A DNA stretch of 64,000 nt from Gemmatimonadales bacterium (lineage in GTDB: Bacteria; Gemmatimonadota; Gemmatimonadetes; Gemmatimonadales; GWC2-71-9), in the NCBI GenBank assembly GCA_037189525.1, contig JBBCJC010000001.1:672001-736000 (forward strand), read 5' to 3'. The position numbers and the translations under genes are program-made. How positions within the stretch are numbered: the stretch's first letter is position 1; every line of letters starts with the position of its first letter. The notes beneath the pieces are model-generated. The model was not told the origin of the DNA. It ran no database searches and saw only the letters and a program-made list of their open reading frames with translations. Below are positions 52,647 through 61,567 of this stretch, one piece after another.

Positions 52647-54271
52647 GCCTGCCTCCCGGTATTGATGACGTTGATCTGGCGGTGGCGCGTCGGCACGCAG
52701 CCGTGGCTCACCGCATTGGACTGGGACGGCTGTCCTTTACCGTCGTTGAACGCCCCGCCAAGTTCGTAGCTCTTGGGTCCGCCCAGCATGTCGAGGTTGG
52801 CCCAGAAATCCGGGGTCCGGATCTGGTACGCCACATCCTTCAGCATGCCCACGATTTTGCCGCCGCGGATTTCATAGAAGAGCTGCCCACCGAACTGCGC
52901 ATTGAACCGCTGCTGATCGATCGAGAAAGATCCATCGCCGATGATGGCAATGCCGCGATCGGTCGCCGAGATCAGGTCGTTCCAGCCCAGGTCTTTATCT
53001 CCCGGTAAAAGCGAGATGTTCGGCATCCGCTGGAACTGAACGTCGGACCACGACTGCGCATACGAGCAGCCATGCGAGCGCGTCGGCTTGCCGGCTTTCT
53101 TATAGTACGAATCGAGCCAGAGCGCCTGTTCCCGAGTGGTCTGATAGTCGACGAAGATCCCGTCCTTGATGACGTCGAACTCGTCGGGCTGCACTCCGTC
53201 GTCGTCCCAGCCGCAGGCGGCCAGCGACCCGGGCTGCGACCGGTCGCCGCGCACGTTCAGGAGCGGGGAACCGAACTTGAGCGAACCAAGCACCTTATCC
53301 GGCGGAAATACGAAGCTGGTTCCGGCATAGTTCGCCTCATAGCCCATGGCCCGGTCGAGCTCGGTCGGATGCGCAATCGATTCGTGGATGGTGAGCCAGA
53401 GATGGTTGGGATGCAGCACCAGATCGTAGCGGCCCACTTCGACCGGCTTGGCCGAAAGCTTCTGAACGGCTTCGTCGGCCCAGCGCACCACATTTTCCTC
53501 GAGCTTGTTCTCGGTGACATGCTCATAGCCGCGGCCCATCGGCGCGATGTCGTTGCTCTGGCGCGACTGAAAATCCGTGAAATCTTTCGATACCGCTGTC
53601 ACGGTCACGGACGGCTGCGACCGGATGATGGTCTGCGACACCAGCGTCCCCTCGGTATTCGCATAGCTCTTCTCATCTTTGAGGAAGAACATGCTCGAGT
53701 TGACGAAACGCGCCTGGGGATTCTTGAGTGCGATGGCGTTGACCGAAAGCAGCAGCTGGACTTTGTCTTCGATCGGGATGGTAAACGGGTCGACCTTGGC
53801 CTCACTCCGCCAGGTGCCCCGCTGATTCCCGGGGGCCGGCGCAAGCACGACGGGACGTTGCCCCGGCGCGCGATTGGCCTTGGCCTGCGCGACCGCCTGA
53901 CGCGCCACCCGCGCAACCGAATCCGGCTCGAGGTTGCTGGTAGCCACAAAGCCCCAGGCGCCCTCGACCAGGACCCGGACGCCGATACCGAACGTTTCGT
54001 TATCCGAAAGGCCCGCCACCCGGTTCTCGCGGGTGAAGATGTTCTGGGTCCGATTGAGGCTGATCCGCGCATCGGCATACTGCGCACCAGCCGATTTTGC
54101 GGCATCGAGCGCCCGCAACAGCAGATCGTTCAGCACCGCATCGCCCGGCGAGGGTGCAATCAGCCTGCTCGACAGTTCGGCCGCGTCGGCACGCCCGGTA
54201 ATCCCGAGCGCCAGGCCGGCAGCCGCCGCGGCAGAAGTGGTTCGGAGAAATTCCCGGCGACTCGGGGACAC
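52643..54271 (-). CDS. tldD: TldD-family metalloprotease with Tat signal
   Basis: SRREFL; GAQYADAR; HESIAHPTELD (HExxxH); WDDDG; QRMPN; SHG. Confidence 0.92.
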   Translation of the reverse strand: MSPSRREFLRTTSAAAAAGLALGITGRADAAELSSRLIAPSPGDAVLNDLLLRALDAAKSAGAQYADARISLNRTQNIFTRENRVAGLSDNETFGIGVRVLVEGAWGFVATSNLEPDSVARVARQAVAQAKANRAPGQRPVVLAPAPGNQRGTWRSEAKVDPFTIPIEDKVQLLLSVNAIALKNPQARFVNSSMFFLKDEKSYANTEGTLVSQTIIRSQPSVTVTAVSKDFTDFQSRQSNDIAPMGRGYEHVTENKLEENVVRWADEAVQKLSAKPVEVGRYDLVLHPNHLWLTIHESIAHPTELDRAMGYEANYAGTSFVFPPDKVLGSLKFGSPLLNVRGDRSQPGSLAACGWDDDGVQPDEFDVIKDGIFVDYQTTREQALWLDSYYKKAGKPTRSHGCSYAQSWSDVQFQRMPNISLLPGDKDLGWNDLISATDRGIAIIGDGSFSIDQQRFNAQFGGQLFYEIRGGKIVGMLKDVAYQIRTPDFWANLDMLGGPKSYELGGAFNDGKGQPSQSNAVSHGCVPTRHRQINVINTGRQA

Positions 54272-54481
54272 GGCAACCTCATCGAATGAAGGAGTTGACC
54301 CAAGCGCAGGAGGCGAGCGCGCCTGGAGGACCGGTCCATCAGGTCCATCTCAGCAAGATACGCGAATCGGGCCCCGAATGTTGTCGCCCGCGAACGAGAT
54401 CGGAGCCGCCCGTAGCCATAACCCGACCAACGGCTCCCGATACCATGGATCGCGACCATCCACCATGTATACTTCGACCCC

Positions 54482-55510
54482 TTGACCAACACCGTGCCGA
54501 CCACCCAGCCGTCCGCCACCGGACGAGAATCCCTGATCGCCTCCGTCGGACGCCTTCGGGCGGCAGTCGGACGCCGTATCGTCGGCCAGGACGACGTGGT
54601 CGACCACCTGCTCCTGGCCATTCTGGCCGGCGGACACGCCCTCCTGGTCGGCGTTCCCGGCCTGGCCAAGACCCTGATCGTCCGATCCGTTGCCGAAGCC
54701 ATGCGGCTCGAATTCCGCCGGATCCAGTTCACCCCCGACCTCGTGCCGAGCGACATCACCGGCACCGAGATCATGGAGGAGGACTCGGCCACCGGCATCC
54801 GGGGCTTCCGATTCGTTCGGGGACCGGTCTTTGCCAATATCATCCTGGCCGACGAGATCAATCGAACCCCGCCGCGCACTCAGGCGGCGCTCCTCGAAGC
54901 GATGCAGGAACACCGCGTCACGGCCAACGGCGAGTCGATGCCCTTGCCGGAACCGTTTTTCGTGCTGGCCACTCAGAATCCGATCGAGCAGGAAGGAACC
55001 TATCCGCTGCCGGAAGCTCAGCTCGACCGGTTCCTATTCGATATCCGGATCGGCTATCCGTCGGAAGACGACGAGGTTGCCATCCTCCGCAACACGACCG
55101 GGGCAGCTGCCGCTCCGATCGAACCGGTCCTGGACGCTTCCGACGTGCTGGCCCTGCAGCAACTGGTCCGCGAAATTCCCGCCGCCGAACCGGTCCTCCG
55201 TTATGCCGCGGCACTGGTGCGCGCAACCCGGCCCGATCAGGCCCAGGCGCCGGCCGGCGTCAAACGCTTCGTGCGCTGGGGCGCCGGCCCGCGCGCAGGC
55301 CAGGCTCTGATTCTCGGCGCCAAGGCCCACGCGCTGCTCGATGGGCGTCTCGCGGTAACACCGGACGACATCCGCCGGGTTGCCCTGCCGGTCCTGCGAC
55401 ACCGGGTCCTGCCCAACTTCGCCGCGGATGCCGAAGGCGTGTCGGCCGAGCGGCTGATTGCCGAAGTGCTCGAGACGGTGACCCCGCCGGCGAGCGGTAT
55501 CCGCGCCTAG
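54482..55510 (+). CDS. moxR: MoxR-family AAA+ ATPase
   Basis: GVPGLAKT, RIQFTPDLVPSDITG, LADEINR, ATQNPIEQEGTYPLPEAQLDRF, WGAGPRA; start approximate. Confidence 0.95.
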   Translation: MTNTVPTTQPSATGRESLIASVGRLRAAVGRRIVGQDDVVDHLLLAILAGGHALLVGVPGLAKTLIVRSVAEAMRLEFRRIQFTPDLVPSDITGTEIMEEDSATGIRGFRFVRGPVFANIILADEINRTPPRTQAALLEAMQEHRVTANGESMPLPEPFFVLATQNPIEQEGTYPLPEAQLDRFLFDIRIGYPSEDDEVAILRNTTGAAAAPIEPVLDASDVLALQQLVREIPAAEPVLRYAAALVRATRPDQAQAPAGVKRFVRWGAGPRAGQALILGAKAHALLDGRLAVTPDDIRRVALPVLRHRVLPNFAADAEGVSAERLIAEVLETVTPPASGIRA

Positions 55511-55560
55511 CGCACCGTACCGTGCGGAGAGCGTCGAACGCCCCCTCGACCGATCCACCG

Positions 55561-56430
55561 ATGGTGGCGAACGGCCACGCCCCGCCACAGCACGGCTATG
55601 GTCCGCTCCTCGACGCGCTGCGCGGCCTCCGGTGGCCGAGTCGGGCCCGGTCGCGCGCACCGAGCGCCGGACAACATCCGTCGCGCCGGCGCGGCACCGA
55701 CATCGAGCTGACCGAGTACCGCGCCTACCGGCAGGGCGACGACCCCCGCCGGCTCGACTGGAAGCTCCTGGCCCGAACCGACCGCGCCTACCTGCGCATC
55801 ACCGACGAACATGCGGTCCTCCCGACTCTGATTGCCGTCGACGCGTCGGCATCGATGGCGTTTCCCGAACCCGGCCACGCAAAATGGCGCCAGGCCGCAG
55901 CCATTGCGATCGGTCTCGCGAGTCTGGCTCATGCCGCCGGTGACCCGGTCGGTCTGGTCGTCGGCGGACCCACCAATGCGCAGCTGCCGTTTCGGACTCG
56001 TCGCAGCCTGCTGCCCGAGGTGATCCGGACCCTCGACGGGATCTCTCCCGGCGGGACGACCGACCTGGGACGCTGGTTGTCCGGATTCCCAGCGACCGGT
56101 CGGCTCGTCGTGATTTCCGACCTCCTGAGCGACGATAGCGCGCTATACCGAATGGCGAACCAGTGGCGCCGCCAGGCGGTCGACCTGGTCGTGGCGCATA
56201 TCGTAGCAACCGAAGAGCTCGACCCTCCAGAGGCGCCGCGGGTCGTCGACCCCGAAGACCCGTCGACCATCCGCACCCTGGATAGTCCGGGCCGTTCAGC
56301 CTACCACACTGCATTTGCCGCCTGGCGGGCCGCCGTCGCTACGCGTTGGCGAGAACTCGGTGCGCAGTATCTCGTCATCGACACCAGCGAAGCACCCGAT
56401 CACGCGGTGCGCCGAATCGTTGCGGCATGA
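55561..56430 (+). CDS. DUF58-domain protein
   Basis: EYRAYRQGDDPRRLDWKL, DASASM, VVISD. Confidence 0.92.
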   Translation: MVANGHAPPQHGYGPLLDALRGLRWPSRARSRAPSAGQHPSRRRGTDIELTEYRAYRQGDDPRRLDWKLLARTDRAYLRITDEHAVLPTLIAVDASASMAFPEPGHAKWRQAAAIAIGLASLAHAAGDPVGLVVGGPTNAQLPFRTRRSLLPEVIRTLDGISPGGTTDLGRWLSGFPATGRLVVISDLLSDDSALYRMANQWRRQAVDLVVAHIVATEELDPPEAPRVVDPEDPSTIRTLDSPGRSAYHTAFAAWRAAVATRWRELGAQYLVIDTSEAPDHAVRRIVAA

Positions 56431-57614
56431 GCTTCACGGCTCCGTGGTGGCTGCTGGCGGGAGCCGTTGCGGCCGCGGTCATCAGCGCACTCCATCTGCT
56501 GACCAAACGGGACCCGTCGCCGCAACCGCTCCCGACCGCGCGGTTCATTCCCGAAACACCGAACCGGCTGGTGAGCCGAAGTGTGGCCCTCAGCGATCGC
56601 GCAGTGCTCGGTTTGCGGCTGCTCGCGATCCTGGCGGCGACACTCGCTTTTGCGCAGCCAGGCTTTTCGCGAGCCCGACGCCCGCTGACACAGATCATCC
56701 TGATCGACACCTCACGCGCCGCCGACAGCGCCCGGGTCGAGGCCGCCGTCCAAACGCTGGCCCGCGATCATGACCGGTCGATCCGCTTCAGCTCCCTCTC
56801 GGCCGGACTGATCGCCGCCATCCGAGAGGCGCGATCGCTCCGCAGCGAAACCGACAGCGTCAGCTTGGTCATCGTCTCGCCCCTGGCTCGCGAGTCGTTC
56901 GACGCGGCGACGGTGGCAGTACGCGCTACCTGGCCCGCCGGAATCACCTGGGTACCGGTCGAACCGGTTCTCCCCCCTGCCCGCCCGCGAATGGTCGCGC
57001 TGTACGCCGACGACGATGACCCGCTCCGCAGTACCCTTGCCCTGAGCGGCTGGTCGACGAGCGACACGGCTCCCGTCAGGCTGGTACGCACAGCCGCCCT
57101 CGGTGCCGCGGACTCGGCCTGGGTCGCCGACGCAGGCACGACGTCGCGCCTGCTGATCCATTGGCCCGCATCGCCGGCGGTCGGCGGAGATACAGTCGGC
57201 GCCGTGGCAACGGATCGCACGGTGCTGGTGGCCGCGTTCCTGCGAAGCAGCCGCAATCTCGAAGGGACGGCCAGAGCCTGGTGGGTAGACGGCATCGCGG
57301 CTGCGGCCGATCAACCGTTCGGGAACGGTTGTATTCGGCGCGTCGAGATTCCCATCGATCCCGCCGGTGATTTGGCGTTGCGCCAGACAACCCGCGATCT
57401 GGTGCGCGATCTCCTGGCGCCCTGCGGCGGGCGGCGGGATGCCGAACCCATCGACTCGGCGGCGATCGCGCTGATGCAGGGAAACACCCAAACGGCGTGG
57501 CCGGCTGCGAACCTGCCTGCACTGCCGGTACAGGAACGGACCGTGCCATGGTTGCTGGGCCTGGCCGTGGCGGCTCTGATCGCCGAACAACTGTTGCGCA
57601 GGCGGCCGGCATGA
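56427..57614 (+). CDS. BatA N-terminal-domain membrane protein
   Basis: ATGA overlap; MSFTAPWWL...LHLL...PTARF...LRLLA..LAFAQP; VWA-like LIDTSRA; C-terminal TM..EQLLRRR. Confidence 0.85.
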   Translation: MSFTAPWWLLAGAVAAAVISALHLLTKRDPSPQPLPTARFIPETPNRLVSRSVALSDRAVLGLRLLAILAATLAFAQPGFSRARRPLTQIILIDTSRAADSARVEAAVQTLARDHDRSIRFSSLSAGLIAAIREARSLRSETDSVSLVIVSPLARESFDAATVAVRATWPAGITWVPVEPVLPPARPRMVALYADDDDPLRSTLALSGWSTSDTAPVRLVRTAALGAADSAWVADAGTTSRLLIHWPASPAVGGDTVGAVATDRTVLVAAFLRSSRNLEGTARAWWVDGIAAAADQPFGNGCIRRVEIPIDPAGDLALRQTTRDLVRDLLAPCGGRRDAEPIDSAAIALMQGNTQTAWPAANLPALPVQERTVPWLLGLAVAALIAEQLLRRRPA

Positions 57615-59617
57615 CCGTACTCGCCCGCCTGCTCCGATCCCAGCGAGCGCTGATCGTTGGCAGCGTTGCGGGCGCGGTCCTTTGGACGGCAGCCTTCGCG
57701 ATACCGGTCTGGCTCGTCCTCGGTTCGCGGCCGTGGGCCGCCATCGTGGCGACAGCCGTTCTCGCGATGTCGCTCTGGCGACGACGCGCGGTGTTCGAGG
57801 CTGATCGTGTCGCACTATGGCTGGAAGAGCGCCATCCCGAACTCCAGTACGCGCTGATCACCGCGATCGACCCCGCCACGGAGTCTGCCCGCTCGGCGCT
57901 CGAGCACAAAGTGGCGCCGGTTGCGTTCGAACGAACTGCGTACCGAGCGGCTTCCCGGCTCGCACTCGTTCCGCTCGTCATCGCCGGCGCCGCCATCATC
58001 GCCACCATCGGGATGACACGCCTGGGAGCACGACGGCCTGGCAGCGGCGTGGTACTCACGGGCACCGCGGAGCCGAAGCCCGGCGATTCGGCGATTCGCC
58101 TAACCGTCACCCTCACCCCGCCGCCCCATACCCGCCTGCCGGCCGAGCGCCTGCCCGACCCCATCCGCGTAGCAGGCGTCACGGGCAGCCGAATTCGGAT
58201 CGACGGATCAGCGCCGGCCAACGAGATCAGCATCCAACTCGACAACCGCTCACTCGCGGTAGCAACGGAAGCATCCGGCTGGCGTGCCGATCTGACCATG
58301 CCGAGCGCACCGGCCGTCGTCCGAGTACGGACCAGCGCTCGGGAACGGCTCATTCTGCTGGAGCCCAGGGCGGATTCGCTGCCCGTGGTCCGGCTCGACC
58401 TGCCGGAGCGCGATACCCTGCTCAGCCGAGCAACCGGAACGCTACCGCTTACTGCGTCGTTCCACGACGATTTCGGGCTGGCCGAGACGTGGTGGGAACT
58501 GATCGTCAGCCGGGGCGACGGAGAAAACTTTGAGTTCCGCACCGTCACCCTGGATCGCGCTGCCGCGGGGAGCGCCAGGACGGCCACGCGGTCGCTGGCG
58601 CTCTCGCTCGACTCCCTGACATTGTCCCCCGGCGACATCGTGCTGCTCCGCGCCGTCGCGCGCGACGGTAACACCAGTCCGGGGCCTGGTATCGCCGGTT
58701 CCGATCCGCGCACCATCCGAATCGCCGCGAACCGGCAGGATGATTCGCTCGACATCGAAGTCCTGCCGCCACCCGAGCCGCTCGCCAACCTGCTGAGCCA
58801 GCGGATGCTGATTCTGCTGACCGAAGCTCTCGAGAAGAAGCGGCCTCGATTGGCCCGGTCCGCGGTGGTGACCGAATCGGCCCGGATCGGTCGGGATCAG
58901 ACCAGCCTGCGCCGCCAGATCGGCGATCTGGTCTTTGCGCGCCTCGAAGATCTGGGCGAGACCGGCGAGCATTCGCATGACGACGGCCACGATCACAGTG
59001 CCATGACGCCCGAGGAACTGCTCCGAGCCGCGGAAGCCGCCAATCGGCACGCCACCGGTGAATCACTCGACTTTGCCGCGGGGGAATCGCCGGTCATCGC
59101 GGTCAACCGTCCCCTGCTCGAAGCCTATCACGCCATGTGGGATGCGACCCGGGAACTCAACCAGGGCGAACCCCGGGCGGCGCTGCCCCATATGTACGCC
59201 GCCCTCGATGCGATCCAGCGTGCCCGGCTGGCGGACAGGATTTACCTGCGCGGCCGCACCAGGCCCGTCGTCGTGGACGTGGCCAAAGTCCGCCTGGTCG
59301 GCAAGCGGGACGGCATCGCGCCGGGGCCGCGCACGCCGCAGCCATCGCTCGATCCCGCTGTGAAACGCATTGCGGAGCGGTTCGACCGGGCACTCGACCT
59401 GCTGGGCCAAAACCGGGACGCGGCCATCGACTCGCTGCTCCTGCTCCGCGCCGAGTTGCTCACCGACCATCCTCGGATCGCGGCCCCGCTGGCGCAGGCG
59501 ATCGATACACTGCGCACCGATCGTGATGCCACCGCGGCCCTGGCACGAGCCCGCCGCGCCATCGGCCAGCCGACGACGGTCCGCTCGGGACTCCGGCGCT
59601 GGAGTACCGCGCCATGA
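57611..59617 (+). CDS. Membrane protein with Ig-like and helical regions (DUF4175-like)
   Basis: N-terminal TMs, ALWLEERHPELQYAL, DSLPVV, DDFGL, LSPGD..RAVARD, SQRMLI. Confidence 0.75.
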   Translation: MTVLARLLRSQRALIVGSVAGAVLWTAAFAIPVWLVLGSRPWAAIVATAVLAMSLWRRRAVFEADRVALWLEERHPELQYALITAIDPATESARSALEHKVAPVAFERTAYRAASRLALVPLVIAGAAIIATIGMTRLGARRPGSGVVLTGTAEPKPGDSAIRLTVTLTPPPHTRLPAERLPDPIRVAGVTGSRIRIDGSAPANEISIQLDNRSLAVATEASGWRADLTMPSAPAVVRVRTSARERLILLEPRADSLPVVRLDLPERDTLLSRATGTLPLTASFHDDFGLAETWWELIVSRGDGENFEFRTVTLDRAAAGSARTATRSLALSLDSLTLSPGDIVLLRAVARDGNTSPGPGIAGSDPRTIRIAANRQDDSLDIEVLPPPEPLANLLSQRMLILLTEALEKKRPRLARSAVVTESARIGRDQTSLRRQIGDLVFARLEDLGETGEHSHDDGHDHSAMTPEELLRAAEAANRHATGESLDFAAGESPVIAVNRPLLEAYHAMWDATRELNQGEPRAALPHMYAALDAIQRARLADRIYLRGRTRPVVVDVAKVRLVGKRDGIAPGPRTPQPSLDPAVKRIAERFDRALDLLGQNRDAAIDSLLLLRAELLTDHPRIAAPLAQAIDTLRTDRDATAALARARRAIGQPTTVRSGLRRWSTAP

Positions 59618-60228
59618 CGCCCTTTACCTTCGCCACGGCCCAGTACGAGTCGGGCGACTGGGACTCGGCGCCGTTGGTCGGTCCCAACGTGATCGATGCC
59701 GTGGCCCGGTACACCAGCATCGAGGTGAACCCCGGCGCGGTGGTGGTTCCCCTGGCCAGCCGTGACCTGCTCCGCTATCCCCTCACGTTCTTGACGGGAC
59801 ACCTACCGGTCCGCTTCACGACGGCCGAGCGCGCCATGCTGCGGACCTACCTGGATCGGGGCGGACTGCTATTCGTCGACGACCACAATCACGACATCGA
59901 CGGGCAGTTCCACAAAACGGCCACCGAAGAACTGGCGCTGGTCACCGGCCGGCCGCTCCGCCAGCTGCCCAATGATCACGCGCTCTACTCCGCCTTCTTT
60001 ACCTTCCCGGACGGGCCTCCCACCACGAGCCACGAGTTGAACGGCTGGGGTGACAACCTGATCCACGAGCACCTCTTGGCATCGCTCGACGGCGATCGGA
60101 TCCGGGTGCTCTACAGCAACAAAGATTACAGCTCGGAATGGAGTTATCACCCGGACAACAAGCGCTTCCTCTCGGTGGACAACACCCGCTTCGGGGTCAA
60201 CCTGGTGGTCTATGCCCTCACCCGCTGA
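59614..60228 (+). CDS. DUF4159-domain protein
   Basis: YESGDWD, FLTGH, GGLLFVDD, LYSNKDY..W, NTRFGVNLVVYALT. Confidence 0.88.
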   Translation: MTPFTFATAQYESGDWDSAPLVGPNVIDAVARYTSIEVNPGAVVVPLASRDLLRYPLTFLTGHLPVRFTTAERAMLRTYLDRGGLLFVDDHNHDIDGQFHKTATEELALVTGRPLRQLPNDHALYSAFFTFPDGPPTTSHELNGWGDNLIHEHLLASLDGDRIRVLYSNKDYSSEWSYHPDNKRFLSVDNTRFGVNLVVYALTR

Positions 60229-61507
60229 CCGCGGAATCGTGTTCGAGCGCGCGATGCGCCTGGTGGCCTATGCCGCGTTGGCGGGCGCCGCCATCCTGTC
60301 GCTGCGCACAGGACCGGGCCGGCCGATCGCCGATCGCCGAGTCGAGGCGGGTGACTTAACCACGCTGCTGAGCCGGCACGACATCGGACCTGATCCGATC
60401 ACCCTGGTGAGCGACACGGCCCTCGACCCGATCCGCCGCGATTGGCTGGCTGCTACCCGCGCACCGGTCCGCTGGGGTAGTCCTCGGCTCGTCGCAACGG
60501 CGCTCAGCGCGGAGCCGCTGGGCGATCCGGCTGGAGGTTACCGTATTGCCGTCGCGGCGCCGTCGGACCGGATGGTCCATCTCGCCGACAGCCTGGGACC
60601 GATCGACAGTGTGCCGAGCGCGGGTGGAGGCGCCAGCATCGATGTCGATGCCCCGGTAGGCGCGCTGACCGGATCGATCGGCCCGCAGCACGCCGTCGTC
60701 CACCCCAGCGACGCGCCAGCCACTCGCCGCGTGGTGGTGTTCGGCCGGGCATCCTGGGAAACCAAGTTCGTGATTGCCGCTCTGGAGGAGCGCGGCTGGG
60801 GCGTCGATGCGCGTATTGCCATCGGTCCGGAGGATGAGAGCCGGCAGGGCACTCCTGGCACCCTCGACACGGCGCGCGTCGGGGCCGTCGTCGCACTCGA
60901 TCAGACCGCAGCTGGATACGCCACTCAGATCGGCCGGTTCGTCCGTCAAGGAGGCGGCCTGGTCCTGAGCGCCGAGGCTGCGGCGGTCCCGGCGCTGGCG
61001 CCGCTTCGGGTTGGAATCGCCGGCCAGAAACTCGTTTCGAGCAGCCTGGAGATCGATCGCCGGGACCCTCGGCGCGCTTTGCCCCTGACGCCGATTACGC
61101 GGCTCGGCGCCCTCGCAACACCCCTCGAGACCCGGGGCGCCGCGATCGCGGTGGCTGCGCATCGGATCGGACTCGGTCAGGTGATTCAGGCCGGTTACCA
61201 CGACACCTGGCGTTGGCGGATGACCGGCCCCGACGGTTCCGTCGAAGCCCACCGCGGCTGGTGGTCCGCCCTGGTGCGCAGCGTCGCCCATCGCTCTGAT
61301 CACGAAACGCATACCAACTGGCCGGTGCTACATGACGCGCCGCTAGCGCGGATGACGGCCACCTTCGGCCCTCCCGAGACCGATCCAGCCGGGAGCGGCC
61401 CCGCGCTCCCTACTCCACCCAAGCGTCTCGACTGGTGGCTCGGCGCCGTGGCCCTCGTGGCGCTGCTGGCCGAATGGGCCTCGCGACGCCTTCGAGGCGC
61501 TGTCTAG
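60212..61507 (+). CDS. Hypothetical membrane protein of the MoxR operon
   Basis: N-terminal TM; SWETKFV..ALEE; FVRQGGGLVL; DTWRWRM; C-terminal TM EWASRRLRG. Confidence 0.8.
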   Translation: MPSPADRGIVFERAMRLVAYAALAGAAILSLRTGPGRPIADRRVEAGDLTTLLSRHDIGPDPITLVSDTALDPIRRDWLAATRAPVRWGSPRLVATALSAEPLGDPAGGYRIAVAAPSDRMVHLADSLGPIDSVPSAGGGASIDVDAPVGALTGSIGPQHAVVHPSDAPATRRVVVFGRASWETKFVIAALEERGWGVDARIAIGPEDESRQGTPGTLDTARVGAVVALDQTAAGYATQIGRFVRQGGGLVLSAEAAAVPALAPLRVGIAGQKLVSSSLEIDRRDPRRALPLTPITRLGALATPLETRGAAIAVAAHRIGLGQVIQAGYHDTWRWRMTGPDGSVEAHRGWWSALVRSVAHRSDHETHTNWPVLHDAPLARMTATFGPPETDPAGSGPALPTPPKRLDWWLGAVALVALLAEWASRRLRGAV

Positions 61508-61567
61508 TCGGCTAGATTTCGCATCGGCTGACGCACCGCTTCGAACCTGATCCTGTCGACGGATACC

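Noticed and set aside
54286..55560. Apparent 425-aa N-terminal extension of DUF58 overlapping moxR
   Set aside because: Arg/Pro-rich off-frame read-through of moxR; the DUF58-like sequence begins near ATG 55561.
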